Positions 20,829 through 32,605 of a stretch of DNA of 64,000 nt are shown here, piece after piece. Below the pieces are notes generated by a model that was given only the letters and a program-made list of their open reading frames with translations, ran no database searches and was not told where the DNA came from. Origin of the DNA: an uncultured Nitrososphaerales archaeon (GTDB lineage Archaea > Thermoproteota > Nitrososphaeria > Nitrososphaerales > Nitrososphaeraceae); contig CAVOHZ010000010.1 of assembly GCA_963695855.1 (NCBI GenBank), forward strand, positions 64,001 to 128,000. The letters are read 5' to 3'. Position 1 is the stretch's first letter. Each line of letters starts with the position of its first letter. The position numbers were made by a program, and so were the translations under genes.

Positions 20829-22253
20829 TCACATTAAAAGTATCATAATAGTTAAAACAAGGGAACCAGTTGCTACTGTTATTAACATAAAGGGGAAACC
20901 TACCTTGAACCATTTCAAGAAGCTGATTTTGTTTCCGTATTTTAAAGATATACCTGCTGCTACTACACCTGCACTAGAACCTATCAGGGTCCCATTACCA
21001 CCAAGGTCTGCACCAATGGCAAGTGCCCACCAAAGTGGGCTATACTGCAAGGTACTAAAGTCTTGATCCATATTCACATTTAGGTTCAAATTCTCAATTA
21101 TTGGTACCATGGTCGTGGTAAATGGAATATTGTCAACAAATGCGCTAGCCAAAGCAGATAACCATATTATCGAATGAAGAGTTACCCATGGATCGCCTCC
21201 AGTAATCCCCAAAGTTAGAATAGATAGGGTTTCAATCAAACCTGATTTTTCTGCAACTCCTACCACAACAAATAATCCTGCGAAGAAAATAAGCGTTGAC
21301 CAATCTACTTCTTGAAGGATTTTATCCACGTGTGATCTACTTATCGTTAGAAGAATTGCAGATCCTCCAAGGGCGATAATTGAAACTTCAAGATGAAGAG
21401 ATCCATGAAAAGAGAAGAGAAAAATTACTCCAAAAAGAACTCCAAGACTTTTTAAAAGCAGAGTTTTATCTCTTATTAAAGATTCTTCGTCTACTGATCT
21501 GAACTTGTTAGAAATATTGATCGTCCCTTGGAGATCATTTCTAAAAATTATCTTGATTAAAAACAAAGCTACGACAAACGTAACTAAAGAAGGCGGTCCC
21601 ATGTGAATTATAAAAGCATTAAAATCAATATTGGCGGCAGAACCAATTATGATATTTGGTGGGTCACCTATCAAAGTTGCAGCCCCTCCGATATTAGAGG
21701 ATAAAGTTTGTGCCAAGATGAAAGAGATTGGAGAAATGTCCAGTGCTCTACATATTGATATTGTGACGGGAACCATTAGCAAAATGATAGTAACATTATC
21801 GACAAACATTGAGGTGATCGCTGTAAATGAACATAATATCAGCATAAGTTTCCAAAGATTGCCTTTACTTAGTCTAGTCGCCTTCAAACCTACCCAGTTA
21901 AATACACCTGTTTCTCCAATTATTGCAACAATTATCATCATGCCAAGTAGCAAGCCTATCGTGTTGAAGTCTATGAGGTCAATGATTACATCCAGTGCTT
22001 CTACAGGTTGTACAACCTCAAAAAAAATACCAGTGACAACTATCGCTAATGCGCCTACTAATGCTAGTGAGGTTCTATGAAGTAACTCGAAAGATAATAC
22101 AATGTAAATTGTGATCATTAGGGAGGCAGAAAACAACATGGCAGGATTGATTTGTTTCCCAATAATTGATGGAATACTGAAAATGATTAATGATAACGCA
22201 AATATTATTATTAATGCAAAAATGTTTTTCTGTGAAAAGTACAGTCTTACCAT
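20829..22253 (-). CDS. ArsB/NhaD-family (P-protein-like) anion permease
   Basis: Multi-TM; FVDNV, NIGGAATLIGDPPNII, GGNGTLIGSSA. Confidence 0.9.
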   Translation of the reverse strand: MVRLYFSQKNIFALIIIFALSLIIFSIPSIIGKQINPAMLFSASLMITIYIVLSFELLHRTSLALVGALAIVVTGIFFEVVQPVEALDVIIDLIDFNTIGLLLGMMIIVAIIGETGVFNWVGLKATRLSKGNLWKLMLILCSFTAITSMFVDNVTIILLMVPVTISICRALDISPISFILAQTLSSNIGGAATLIGDPPNIIIGSAANIDFNAFIIHMGPPSLVTFVVALFLIKIIFRNDLQGTINISNKFRSVDEESLIRDKTLLLKSLGVLFGVIFLFSFHGSLHLEVSIIALGGSAILLTISRSHVDKILQEVDWSTLIFFAGLFVVVGVAEKSGLIETLSILTLGITGGDPWVTLHSIIWLSALASAFVDNIPFTTTMVPIIENLNLNVNMDQDFSTLQYSPLWWALAIGADLGGNGTLIGSSAGVVAAGISLKYGNKISFLKWFKVGFPFMLITVATGSLVLTIMILLM

Positions 22254-22417
22254 GTTTCATCAGTTTTTACAGGATTATCATCATAACCTTTTAAATTGGT
22301 CTGATCGTATTTTATAAACTTTTAAGTTTGAAAAAAAGGACATTGTGATATGTAATCTCGGCAGAGATAATGAAAATATTGCTCGTTGGAGAAAAACGAA
22401 TTTTTTTTAATCTAAAT

Positions 22418-22828
22418 TCAATGTTTTTTTACAATACATTTTTTGCACAATATTTCAAAATCGTAAACGTTTTCAGTTGAACTATCAAGATAACATAAAA
22501 GTTTTCCACAATTATTACAGTGAATTTCTATCCATCCAAAATATTTCCCAGAGATCACTGCGTTATAAAATTCTGGTGTTTCACAATCACAGCATTTTCT
22601 TTCAGGTGGTTCCATGGCCTGTGTTAGATCTTCAATACCGATCTTTTCTTGTTCTTCTTTGTCTTCTTGTTCTTTATCTTCATTCTCGTTGTCTTGTTCT
22701 TCTAAACAAAAACTACACTTAGGATTATGCAAGGAAATTTTATGCTGGCAATGTTTGCATAGAATTTCAACTTCTTCTTCATCACCATCATCACCAGATG
22801 TTGTTCTGTTTTGTGAATCGTCTATCAT
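22418..22828 (-). CDS. Cys-rich putative multi-Zn-finger protein with acidic linkers
   Basis: CKHC..H..CSFC, CCDC, HCNNC, CKKC. Confidence 0.6.
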   Translation of the reverse strand: MIDDSQNRTTSGDDGDEEEVEILCKHCQHKISLHNPKCSFCLEEQDNENEDKEQEDKEEQEKIGIEDLTQAMEPPERKCCDCETPEFYNAVISGKYFGWIEIHCNNCGKLLCYLDSSTENVYDFEILCKKCIVKKH

Positions 22829-23055
22829 TCTTATTCTGGCCCCTTAGAACCCAGCAATAGCAAGGATATTTTTTCCACGAGATAATAACAACTATTACAT
22901 GATGTTTCAATATAAGCATTTTATTTTAGCTTGATGAAATAACACAGTTAATAGAAAATTAAATATAAAATAGATTTCTGGAAAAAATGATTCTCGTTTT
23001 TATGATTAATCTCTTAAAACAGGTATTTATTAAACTCCAAAAATAATAGTTTAAC

Positions 23056-24051
23056 ATGGTTCAAAAATGGAATGATGACGATGTTAAACTTGACATACTT
23101 AAAGATCAAAGCATTGCAGTAATTGGTTATGGAATCCAGGGAAGAGCACAGGCTAATAATCTTAAAGATTCTGGATTGAATGTAATAGTTGGATTAAGAA
23201 AAGGCGGTAACTCTTGGAAAATAGCTGAGGATGATGGACAAGTTGTTATGGAAATTTCTGATGCAGCAAAGAAGGCTGATATTATTCATATTCTTGTGCC
23301 AGACATGGAACAGGGCGATATCTACGACAGAGATATCAATACATACGTTACTGAAAATAAGGCACTTTGTTTTTCCCATGGTGCAGCTATTCACTGGAAA
23401 TGGATACAGACACCAAAAAACGTGGATGTTATCATGGTTGCACCAAAAGGTCCAGGTCAAAGAGTTAGGGAACTTTACCAGGAAGGATTTGGTACTCCGT
23501 CTCTTGTAGCCGTCTACCAGGATTATACAAATACTGCATGGGATAGAGTTCTTGCTTTGGCAAAAGGAATTGGCAGTACTAGGCCAGGGGTTATTCAGAC
23601 CAATTTTAAGGAAGAAGTAGAAACAGATTGGTTTGGAGAACAGGTGGATCTCTGTGGTGGTGCTCATTCAATGGTTATGAAAGCATTTGAGACACTTACT
23701 GAGGCTGGATATCAACCAGAGGTAGCCTATTTTGAATGTCTTCACGAACTAAAGTTAATTGTAGATCTCATTCAAAAATATGGGATTACTGGAATGTATA
23801 CAAGAGTAAGTGAAACTGCAAGATACGGTGGTTTAACGAGGGGTCCAAGAATAATGGATAATTCTGTTAAAGAGAAGATGAAAAGCGTTCTTTCTGATAT
23901 ACAATCAGGTGAATTTGCAGAAGAATGGGTTAGCAGATATAAAAAAGACGGAAGAAATTCATTTAATATGTTCATGAGAGAGATTGAAAGCCATCAAATA
24001 GAAAAAGTGGGAAAAGAGATGCGAAAAATGATGTGGCCCAATGAACAATAA
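23056..24051 (+). CDS. ilvC: Ketol-acid reductoisomerase
   Basis: IGYGIQG, VAPKGPG, ETDWFGEQ, YFECLHELKLIVDL, SETARYG. Confidence 0.97.
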   Translation: MVQKWNDDDVKLDILKDQSIAVIGYGIQGRAQANNLKDSGLNVIVGLRKGGNSWKIAEDDGQVVMEISDAAKKADIIHILVPDMEQGDIYDRDINTYVTENKALCFSHGAAIHWKWIQTPKNVDVIMVAPKGPGQRVRELYQEGFGTPSLVAVYQDYTNTAWDRVLALAKGIGSTRPGVIQTNFKEEVETDWFGEQVDLCGGAHSMVMKAFETLTEAGYQPEVAYFECLHELKLIVDLIQKYGITGMYTRVSETARYGGLTRGPRIMDNSVKEKMKSVLSDIQSGEFAEEWVSRYKKDGRNSFNMFMREIESHQIEKVGKEMRKMMWPNEQ

Positions 24052-24301
24052 AAATAAAAATAACAATAAAAATAACAAATGCAAAAGGAACGACAAAAAA
24101 TAATAGCAATGATTATTTCCTTAAATCCGTTATCTCTTATTTTTTATTCTAAATACAATAATGATTTTTAAGAGTCTGATTCCAATAATCGGAAGTTAAA
24201 TAAAAGATATTGTGAAAATAAAAAATAGTTGCGGCTAAAGTAAGTATTTATATCATAAAAAAGGTAATATTACCAGGTTTTATTAAAAAAAGGAGAAAAC
24301 A

Positions 24302-25400
24302 ATGGTAGAAGTAAGTACGATAATTGGATTAGTTTTTACTATAATTATGATTGCGGTAATTGGATATCAGATTTATAGGCGAAGATATGCGTCGAGGAGT
24401 CCATTTGGTGGGTTTGGCAAGTCTTATCCCTCTGACAGGAGAGTAACTCCGGAAGGCGAGCCGCTAGAATCATATTCACCCATGAGTTTTAGTAAATCTA
24501 TGATGCGTGTTATTATTCCTGCAATCATAGCAATAATTATTGTCATAGTTGTTTTAACATCAAGTGTCAAAATAGTAGACGCAGGATATCGCGGAATATT
24601 GTTAAACTTTGGTGCAGTAGATACAACAAGATCGCTTGAAGAAGGACTGCATTTTGTTGTTCCGTTTCGAGATAATGTAGTTCAGATGGAGGTCAGGACT
24701 CAAAAGGTTGTTGTGAGTTCCACATCAGCTTCTAAAGACTTACAGGATGTTAGTACCTGAGGTTGCTGTAAACTATCATCTTCGACCCGAATTTGCACAA
24801 ATACTTTACCAACGATTAGGTTTAGATTATGCAAATAGGGTCATCCAACCAACGATTCAAGAAACTGTGAAACAGGTAACTGCAAGGTTTAACGCCGAAG
24901 AATTGATAACAAAAAGAGAGATCGTTAAGGACCAGATTGAAGAACAGATAAAAACCAGGTTGGGGAACTACAATATCGACGTTGACGCAGTATCTATTAC
25001 CGAGTTTAGATTTTCTCAACAATTTACGAAGGCAATTGAATCTAAAGTAGAGGCACAACAAAGAGCACTTCAGGCACAAAATGAACTTAGAAGGATTCAA
25101 ATCGAAGCCAACCAGACAGAAGCAAAAGCGATAGGAGAACAAAGGGCCGCTATTGCACAAGCAACTGGAGCTAGACAAGCAAATATCTTGAAAGCAGAAG
25201 GAGAATCTGGAGCTATAAAAATAATAGATGAACAACTTAGACAGAGTCCAACGTATCTTCAATGGCTGAAAACCCAGAGATGGGATGGAAAATTACCGTT
25301 AGTGACTGGCGGAGGTAGTGGTAATGAAGGTGGAGTTACTCCATTCATAGAAATACCCACTGAAAGATACGGTCCCTTTGAAAACGCCACGCACCAATGA
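24302..25400 (+). pseudogene. Prohibitin/SPFH (band 7) protein split by a +1 insertion near 24756
   Basis: SKDLQDVST continues as EVAVNYHL in the next frame (agtacctgag; removing one C restores ST-E). Confidence 0.88.
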
Positions 25401-25593
25401 TGATAGGATATACAACAACAAGATCTTTTCTTATTTTTTAAAAATTTTTTTTATTTCTAATTCGAAGACAAATTAATTAATCTTGCATTATTAATATTAA
25501 TAACAAGTAGAAAAAACAAAAAGTAGAAAAAACAAAGAATGAATCTAGACAAAAATGGGACCGATTGTTATGGACGATATCCTGTACTTACAG

Positions 25594-26040
25594 TTATAGT
25601 TCTCTTTTCTTTTTGATGTTTTTCTTAATATGGTCAATTATGATTTGTAAAGGTGTCCCCGGTCCAAAATTTCCAGTAATGCCTTCATTTTCCAAGTGCT
25701 TTTTATCACCTTCAGGTATTACTCCCCCTCCAACTAAAAGAATATCATCTATCCCTTGATTTTTCAATATTTTTGATACCTTAGGAAAGAGTGTCGAATG
25801 GGCTCCGTTGAGAAGACTCATGGCAACAGCATCTACGTCCTCATCAATAGCAGTCTTAGCAACCTGTTCCGGAGTACAGAATAGTCCAGAATAAATAACC
25901 TCCATTCCAGCATCTCTTAATGCTCTACAAATTACGAGTGCACCCCTATCATGCCCATCCAAGCCTAATTTGGCGACAAGAACTCTGGTTCTTTTTAACT
26001 GTTGTTGACTTTGATCTTTAACAGTAGAAGCAATTGTCAT
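25594..26040 (-). CDS. mcmA2: Methylmalonyl-CoA mutase, cobalamin-binding small subunit
   Basis: KLGLDGHDRG (DxHxxG), GGGVIP. Confidence 0.95.
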   Translation of the reverse strand: MTIASTVKDQSQQQLKRTRVLVAKLGLDGHDRGALVICRALRDAGMEVIYSGLFCTPEQVAKTAIDEDVDAVAMSLLNGAHSTLFPKVSKILKNQGIDDILLVGGGVIPEGDKKHLENEGITGNFGPGTPLQIIIDHIKKNIKKKREL

Positions 26041-26362
26041 CAGTATATTGAAATACTTTTTATTTTAATAACTTTTCTCATTATAATATAATATTTTATT
26101 TATGAAATATATTTATTATAAGAATTAATCATAGAGATTTTTTAAAAAGGATCATCTAAATGAAATAAGCCCATCGATTAAAGGTTGCGTGGATTTCAAG
26201 TACATATAATATAGATGTTTAAAGACATGATGAATATTTAATTGATAAATTGTTGTATAACAGAAAAATTTCATAAAGTTAATGACTGACATACAAAAGC
26301 CGTAAATGCAGAAAATAAATATTATAACTATTAATATGAAATAAATAACAAATTCGTCATAA

Positions 26363-27298
26363 TTGCTCAAAATAGTTGAAGGTATTCTTAAAGGGGACAG
26401 ACGTTCCTTGTCCAGAGCTATATCGATAATTGACAATGAAGAAGGAGAATATCAAGAGATAATTCGTCAGATTTTTAAAAAAACTGGCAAGTCTACCACT
26501 CTAGGATTCACAGGTCCAGGTGGAGCTGGAAAGAGTTCCTTGATAGGAAAACTTGTTCCAGAATTTAAAAACCTTGGATACAAAGTCGCCATAATTGCTG
26601 TAGATCCTACTAGTCCTATCACCGGTGGAGCTATATTGGGAGATAGAGTGAGGATGCAAAGTAACATAATAGAAAATTCAGATGTATTTATGAGAAGCAT
26701 CGCATCGAGGGGTGCAGTTGGAGGGATATCAAATTCTTTGAGAAATATAATTAGAATTCTTGACGCGGCTGGATACACATTGATAATAATAGAAAGTGTA
26801 GGTGCAGGACAACTCGAAATCGAAGTATCCAAGGTTGTAAATCTCACTCTAGTTATATTTACACCAAACACTGGAGACAAAGTGCAAGCTGTTAAGGCAG
26901 GACTAACTGAGATCGGCGATGTCTATGTCGTCAATAAAGGAGATTTGGAAGGTGCAAATTCTCTCTATCTTACTTTAAAGGACTTGATAGGCGAGACAGA
27001 AAGGAAACCGATGGTTTTAAAAGTATCTTCAAAAACAGGCAAAGGTGTCAAAGATCTTGCCGAGAAAGTTGACCGATTACTCAAAGAAAGAATAAACCTC
27101 TTTCAAGATAAAGAACATTTAATGTTAGAAAATGAATTAAAAGATATGATTTTAAATATAATGCATAACAAGATAATAAGAATGTTAGATGACAACAAGT
27201 CATTTGATAATTTTATTGAAAAGATACAAGATAAGAGAATCGATCCATTTAAAGCTGCAGAGGAGCTCTCGGTAAAGATTCTGGAGAGCAAGAGATAG
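26363..27298 (+). CDS. meaB: Methylmalonyl-CoA mutase-associated GTPase MeaB/ArgK
   Basis: TGPGGAGKS, VDPTSPITGGAILGDRVRM, ESVGAGQ, NKGD. Confidence 0.95.
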   Translation: MLKIVEGILKGDRRSLSRAISIIDNEEGEYQEIIRQIFKKTGKSTTLGFTGPGGAGKSSLIGKLVPEFKNLGYKVAIIAVDPTSPITGGAILGDRVRMQSNIIENSDVFMRSIASRGAVGGISNSLRNIIRILDAAGYTLIIIESVGAGQLEIEVSKVVNLTLVIFTPNTGDKVQAVKAGLTEIGDVYVVNKGDLEGANSLYLTLKDLIGETERKPMVLKVSSKTGKGVKDLAEKVDRLLKERINLFQDKEHLMLENELKDMILNIMHNKIIRMLDDNKSFDNFIEKIQDKRIDPFKAAEELSVKILESKR

Positions 27299-27324
27299 AC
27301 AATTGGAGGAGTGGAAGAACAACA

Positions 27325-29073
27325 ATGGTATCCAAAAAAATTGCAAGCAAAATGAAACCTAGTAAAATCATCAAAGGATCTAAAAATGAAAAAGCCAAAT
27401 CTAAGACAAAAAAATTAGAAACGGCTACAAAAAGACCAATAAAAACAGAAGTTAAAAGAATAAAATCACAGGAAAATAAAAAAGAAGTAAAAAAGCAGGA
27501 ACTTGTCACGGATTCTGGATTTCCTGTAAAGGTGTCATATTATAGAAATGATATTTCCAAAAGGAATACTCAAGATGAAAAAGCTGGAAAGCATCCATAT
27601 ACCAGAGGAATTCATGATACAATGTATCGTGAAAGATTCTGGACAATGAGGCAGTACAGTGGATTTGGAAGTGCTGAGGAGACAAATAACAGATTTAAAT
27701 TTCTCTTAGAACATGGCCAAACTGGCCTTTCTCTTGCTTTTGATTTGCCAACCCAAACAGGTCGTGATTCCGACGATGTGCAGTCAGAGGGAGAAGTTGG
27801 AAGAACTGGAGTAGCCATCAGTTCTATTGACGACATGTTGACGTGCTTTAATGGAATTCCGTTGGACAAGGTCAGCAGTTCTATGACAATCAATTCCACA
27901 GCTGCTACTCTTCTGGCATTATATGTTAGTGTTGCTGAATCACAAGGTTTTCCTCCTACGGAACTGAGAGGTACTACCCAAAACGATATTTTGAAAGAAT
28001 ACAGTGCAAGAAATACATACATCTATCCACCAAAACCGTCGATAAGACTCATAGGAGATATGATCCAGTACTGTTCAAAATATGTTCCTCAATGGTATCC
28101 TATCAGTATTTCTGGTTACCATATTAGGGAGGCAGGTTCAAACGCAGTACAAGAACTTGCCTTTACATTTGCTGATGCTATTGAGTACGTACAGACTTGC
28201 ATTGATAGAGGTATGAAAGTAGATGATTTTGCCCCTCGTCTTTCTTTCTTTTTCTGCGGTACCATGGAATTTTTTGAAGAGATAGCAAAATTTAGGGCAG
28301 CTAGAAGAATTTATTCAAGGATAATGAAAGATAGATTTCATGCTAAAGACACAAAATCGTGTACTTTGAGATTTCACGTACAGACAAGTGGAGAATCGCT
28401 AACCGCCCAACAGGTAGATAACAACATTGTGAGAGTTGCAACAGAAGCTATGTCTGCGGTTTTAGGTGGATGCCAATCTTTACATACAAATTCAAGAGAC
28501 GAAGCATTGGCATTACCCACAGAAGAATCTGTAAAGATAGCTCTGAGGACACAACAAATAATCGCCACAGAAACTGGTGTAACAAAAACGGTAGATCCAT
28601 TGGCCGGGTCATATTATGTAGAGTACCTTACTAACAAAATAGAAGACGAGGTTGAAAAGTATCTTAAAAGGATAGATAGAATGGGTGGAGCACTTGCTGC
28701 AGTTGAGAAAGGTTTCTTCCAAGATGAGATAAGGACAAACGCGTATAAGCTAAAGAAGGAGATAGATGAACAAAAGAGAATCATTGTCGGCGTAAACAAG
28801 TATCAAGACCCACATGACATAGAACCCAAGCTAAATGTTATAGATCAAGCTATAGAAGATAGGCAGATAGTAAGACTAAAAGAGTTTAAAAGATCAAGAG
28901 ATAATACCAAAGTAGAACATGCAATTTCTCTTTTGATAACAAATGCAGAAAAAGATGATTCAAATTTGATGCCACACATCATAGATGCTGTTAAAAACAA
29001 GGTCACATTGGGAGAGATAAGTACGGCATTTCAATCAGTATTCGGAAGATATGAACCAAAGATATCTTTCTAA
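27325..29073 (+). CDS. mcmA1: Methylmalonyl-CoA mutase, large (substrate-binding) subunit
   Basis: PYTRG, WTMRQYSGF, QNDILKE, SISGYHIREAG, QSLHTN. Confidence 0.96.
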   Translation: MVSKKIASKMKPSKIIKGSKNEKAKSKTKKLETATKRPIKTEVKRIKSQENKKEVKKQELVTDSGFPVKVSYYRNDISKRNTQDEKAGKHPYTRGIHDTMYRERFWTMRQYSGFGSAEETNNRFKFLLEHGQTGLSLAFDLPTQTGRDSDDVQSEGEVGRTGVAISSIDDMLTCFNGIPLDKVSSSMTINSTAATLLALYVSVAESQGFPPTELRGTTQNDILKEYSARNTYIYPPKPSIRLIGDMIQYCSKYVPQWYPISISGYHIREAGSNAVQELAFTFADAIEYVQTCIDRGMKVDDFAPRLSFFFCGTMEFFEEIAKFRAARRIYSRIMKDRFHAKDTKSCTLRFHVQTSGESLTAQQVDNNIVRVATEAMSAVLGGCQSLHTNSRDEALALPTEESVKIALRTQQIIATETGVTKTVDPLAGSYYVEYLTNKIEDEVEKYLKRIDRMGGALAAVEKGFFQDEIRTNAYKLKKEIDEQKRIIVGVNKYQDPHDIEPKLNVIDQAIEDRQIVRLKEFKRSRDNTKVEHAISLLITNAEKDDSNLMPHIIDAVKNKVTLGEISTAFQSVFGRYEPKISF

Positions 29074-29462
29074 TTTTTTATTTATTTTGATTTAGTTTTT
29101 TTTTTTTGCTTTATGTCTTTTTTTGTACCGATAGCGAATTACTATTCCAATATATGGTATAATAAACCTGTAATTTTTCAGATTTCACCTTTTTAATAAA
29201 CAACATAAGAGGCTATATTACATTGTCTAATTCATTTATATTTACAAGAAATTGATCTGTATATGGTAGCACAAGTATACTGACGTAATTTTACTACTAG
29301 GTCAGATAAAAATCGTATTTGTTCATATTTGGGATACCAGACTATCCCTTCATCATGAGGTTCATTTTTACGGAAACTGGTATACATATTTCGTGTATCG
29401 GAATCTGTAGAGCAATTTATAAAGTATAATAAGCATGATATGGAAAGGTCCGATACAATTGC

Positions 29463-29978
29463 TTATCCTATATATGATACATTTTTGTTATCAAATTTTT
29501 TAACTTGCATAAAATTTCTATCAAAATCTCTATTACGCATCTTGGGGATATGAGGAAATGCATTTAAAGGATTGTTTGCAAATTTGGTCGTAGTATGATC
29601 TACTCCAAAAAGACGCAAACATAGTTTATAGGTTAAATTTCTTACTTGATATTCATCAACTATACCTAGACTGTGAAGGTATTCATGTGCCAAAACTGCA
29701 AAAACATAGGAATTGTACGCCTCTTTAGAATAAGTACTTTTAATATATTCTAGCAGATATCTGTTAGCAACTATAATATTTGAACCGAGAACATGATAAG
29801 CTCCTAAATTAGTTGGCATTCCTTGTAAAATTAGGTTCAATCCAGTTCTATTCATTTGAAAGACTGCAGATACACAATATTTCACAAATTCAAATATTTC
29901 ATTAAAATCCTTCAACTGATCTAATTTTATTTTATTATTTGTTAGGTCTAAAAGATCGTTCTTTATTTTTATATCCAT
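29463..29978 (-). CDS. Conserved hypothetical protein with zincin-like HExxH motif
   Basis: LGAYH, LAHEYLHSLG. Confidence 0.75.
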   Translation of the reverse strand: MDIKIKNDLLDLTNNKIKLDQLKDFNEIFEFVKYCVSAVFQMNRTGLNLILQGMPTNLGAYHVLGSNIIVANRYLLEYIKSTYSKEAYNSYVFAVLAHEYLHSLGIVDEYQVRNLTYKLCLRLFGVDHTTTKFANNPLNAFPHIPKMRNRDFDRNFMQVKKFDNKNVSYIG

Positions 29979-30593
29979 AAAATAAATGTCATCTTTAGTA
30001 TATAAATTATCGTATCGTTACTAGGTTCTTATCCAATTTGAAGCAACTAAACCAATTAATAATATTAGTTCAATCAAAGAAAATAAAAACTATAAAATTA
30101 AAGAATAATAACTGACCTTTTGCAACAAAAACTAAATTTGGTAGCTGAATCTACGCGTCATCTGTGTATTAAATCGGTTCATTAGCCTCGGCAACAAACA
30201 ATTAGAAAATAGGATTTATTTTCAGCATAAAAGATAGGATAGAATAGAAAAAGAAAAGGTGTAGGTTGTAACCATAGAAATTCACTCATATTTATTGGAA
30301 ATATATTAGAATAATTGTTTTTATAAATACTGAATAGATCTAATAATAATTTATATAAGTAATTATGTTTTTTCTAGTTGTTCTTACGTCCATAGTTTTA
30401 GGATCGTGTTTTGACGAATGTTTTTCTGAATTAGAAAATACATATGTTTGAAAAAGTGAGTATCAATCCAATATCCAAAAGATTGACTGTGGGGGAATCA
30501 AATTATGCTTCAGATTTAAGTAAAGTTTATTCTATATTTAGATAATGTACTATGAATATTAAATAGAAGAATCGAGTAGTATATATCCTAAAA

Positions 30594-30776
30594 TTGTATG
30601 TAGAAAAAAATAAAATCAAAAATTATGCCACGATAGTTATCATAGCCTTGATTGTACTGTTTATTTTGACAATAGGTGTAATATCAGTATATGATCTAAT
30701 AGTTCATGATATTACAAATAATTTTAATGAACTATGTGCAAGATATGGCTTCCTTATATCTCCTGGATGTTTTTAG
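30594..30776 (+). CDS. Small single-TM protein with C-terminal Cys pair
   Basis: Hydrophobic helix and CARYGFLISPGCF; a decayed paralog at 34348-34530 supports coding status. Confidence 0.65.
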   Translation: MYVEKNKIKNYATIVIIALIVLFILTIGVISVYDLIVHDITNNFNELCARYGFLISPGCF

Positions 30777-31003
30777 TTGATTTGATATTTTATAATGTAT
30801 TGACTGATATTTAATAGGAAAAAATTTTTCTTGTGAATATTCTTCTATCTAAAATAGTAATATTTTTTTTATTATTGAATAGTTACAGTGAAGATTTGTC
30901 CAAAAATTCTGAAATAGAAAAAAATGAAAAAGAATTATAGTCACGCTTTTACTATATCAATAATGACCCCTAAATTTAAATTAGAATTAATAGTTGTGAA
31001 CCT

Positions 31004-31912
31004 ATGAATTGTAGAAGAAATTATTATGTTGAAGGTGGAAAATTATGTATAATTTCGTTATTGACAATATCTTTGATTTTTTCTCTTGCAAGTGCTTTCT
31101 CAATCACGGATTCAAATCTCGATAATGAAAATGAAAAAAAAGACAATAGCATATCATCAAAACTAACAACAATAAGAGCAAAACTCAACCTAAACAATAT
31201 AACAGACATTCAAAGCTATGATCGTATCAAGGTAGTTGGTTATCTTAATGGCGAAGGACAAATTTCCTATGTAGACCTGAAAGATAATCAAAAGGAAACA
31301 GAACAGCAACCAAATCAAAACTTAAACGTCGATCTAAAGTTTAATCAAAGTAACTACATTTCCAGTGTGATGGTTGATGATGAATATTATGTTTGTGCAT
31401 ATCTGTTAGATGATAAACAGATGGATAAAACAAATCTTCCAATATATGATTGTGATGAAGGAAATATAGGACTATCGACTGATTTAGATACAGTTACGCT
31501 TTTTTCGACGATGAAAAAATACAGTGAATCCAATGCGTTTTATAAAACAAGACAAAGTTCAGTAGATGACAAAATGCCAGAGAAAATAAAAATCACTATA
31601 AAGGTTCCCATATTTGATGCTAAAGATATTGAGGACATGGATGTGGTAGGAATGATCAAGGGTGAATATCAAATAAAAACAATTAATGTACAGGATGAGT
31701 TAAACAAAGGAATCAAAAACGAGCGAATTTCGGTACCATTTATCTTCGATAGGCAGACAGAATTGGGACCAATAGAACCAGGTGATATGTTCTTTGCGTG
31801 TGTCACATCTGATGAATTTCCTGATCAAAATTCAGATTGTGAAAAAAGAATCCTGAAAAATCTAAAGGGATCGAATCCAATATGTGCTAGAATAGACAGT
31901 ACTTGTAAATGA
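31004..31912 (+). CDS. Secreted hypothetical protein with an internally duplicated Cys-containing beta domain
   Basis: Signal peptide; VVGYLNGEGQI..DEYYVC..DCDE vs VVGMIKGEYQI..DMFFAC..DCEK. Confidence 0.75.
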   Translation: MNCRRNYYVEGGKLCIISLLTISLIFSLASAFSITDSNLDNENEKKDNSISSKLTTIRAKLNLNNITDIQSYDRIKVVGYLNGEGQISYVDLKDNQKETEQQPNQNLNVDLKFNQSNYISSVMVDDEYYVCAYLLDDKQMDKTNLPIYDCDEGNIGLSTDLDTVTLFSTMKKYSESNAFYKTRQSSVDDKMPEKIKITIKVPIFDAKDIEDMDVVGMIKGEYQIKTINVQDELNKGIKNERISVPFIFDRQTELGPIEPGDMFFACVTSDEFPDQNSDCEKRILKNLKGSNPICARIDSTCK

Positions 31913-32605
31913 TAGTAGTTGTTAATTTTTTTTAGGAAACAGTAATCGATAATGTGTATTGTTGATCGTAGGTTCAAAGCATTAGAAGTCTTGTACAATG
32001 TGATAACGTAACAATCCCAATGTACTTCCAGCGAAATAATAAATTCTAAAACTCAAACGATAGATATTCTTCTCTTATATTATATTAAAAAATTATATCA
32101 GAATTCTTTTGGTTATCAAAAAAGATCGTTAAATCTACAAGATTGTATTGAATACTTAAGCCATGGTTATATTCAGATTTGATATAATATTTGTCAGATT
32201 ACGTCATATAGAGGAGGTAGTTACATTTTATTATAACTTTTCATTGTAAAAAAATTATACAAAACGGTCATAACCTTTTCATGTTGTGTAGAGTATATTA
32301 GGTCAATTAAAAAGAACTGTGGTAATATTGTTAAGTATATAAAATCATTGAATTGGTTATTTAGGCAATAATATGCTTAAGATGAAGAACAATGAATTCA
32401 AATATTGACTGTGAGATATATGGTATCATATGTTAGATGATTTAAATACTAATAATTTAATCGGATGAATAATAGTAATGATCTACAATCATTTTTTTAT
32501 AGTTTATAATAAAAGAAAATGTTAACAAATACTTAATTACAAAATGTCCGGTAATGAAAGTGCTATAGGAAAATTAAAAATAGTCTAGTTATTTTATTTT
32601 TCGTT

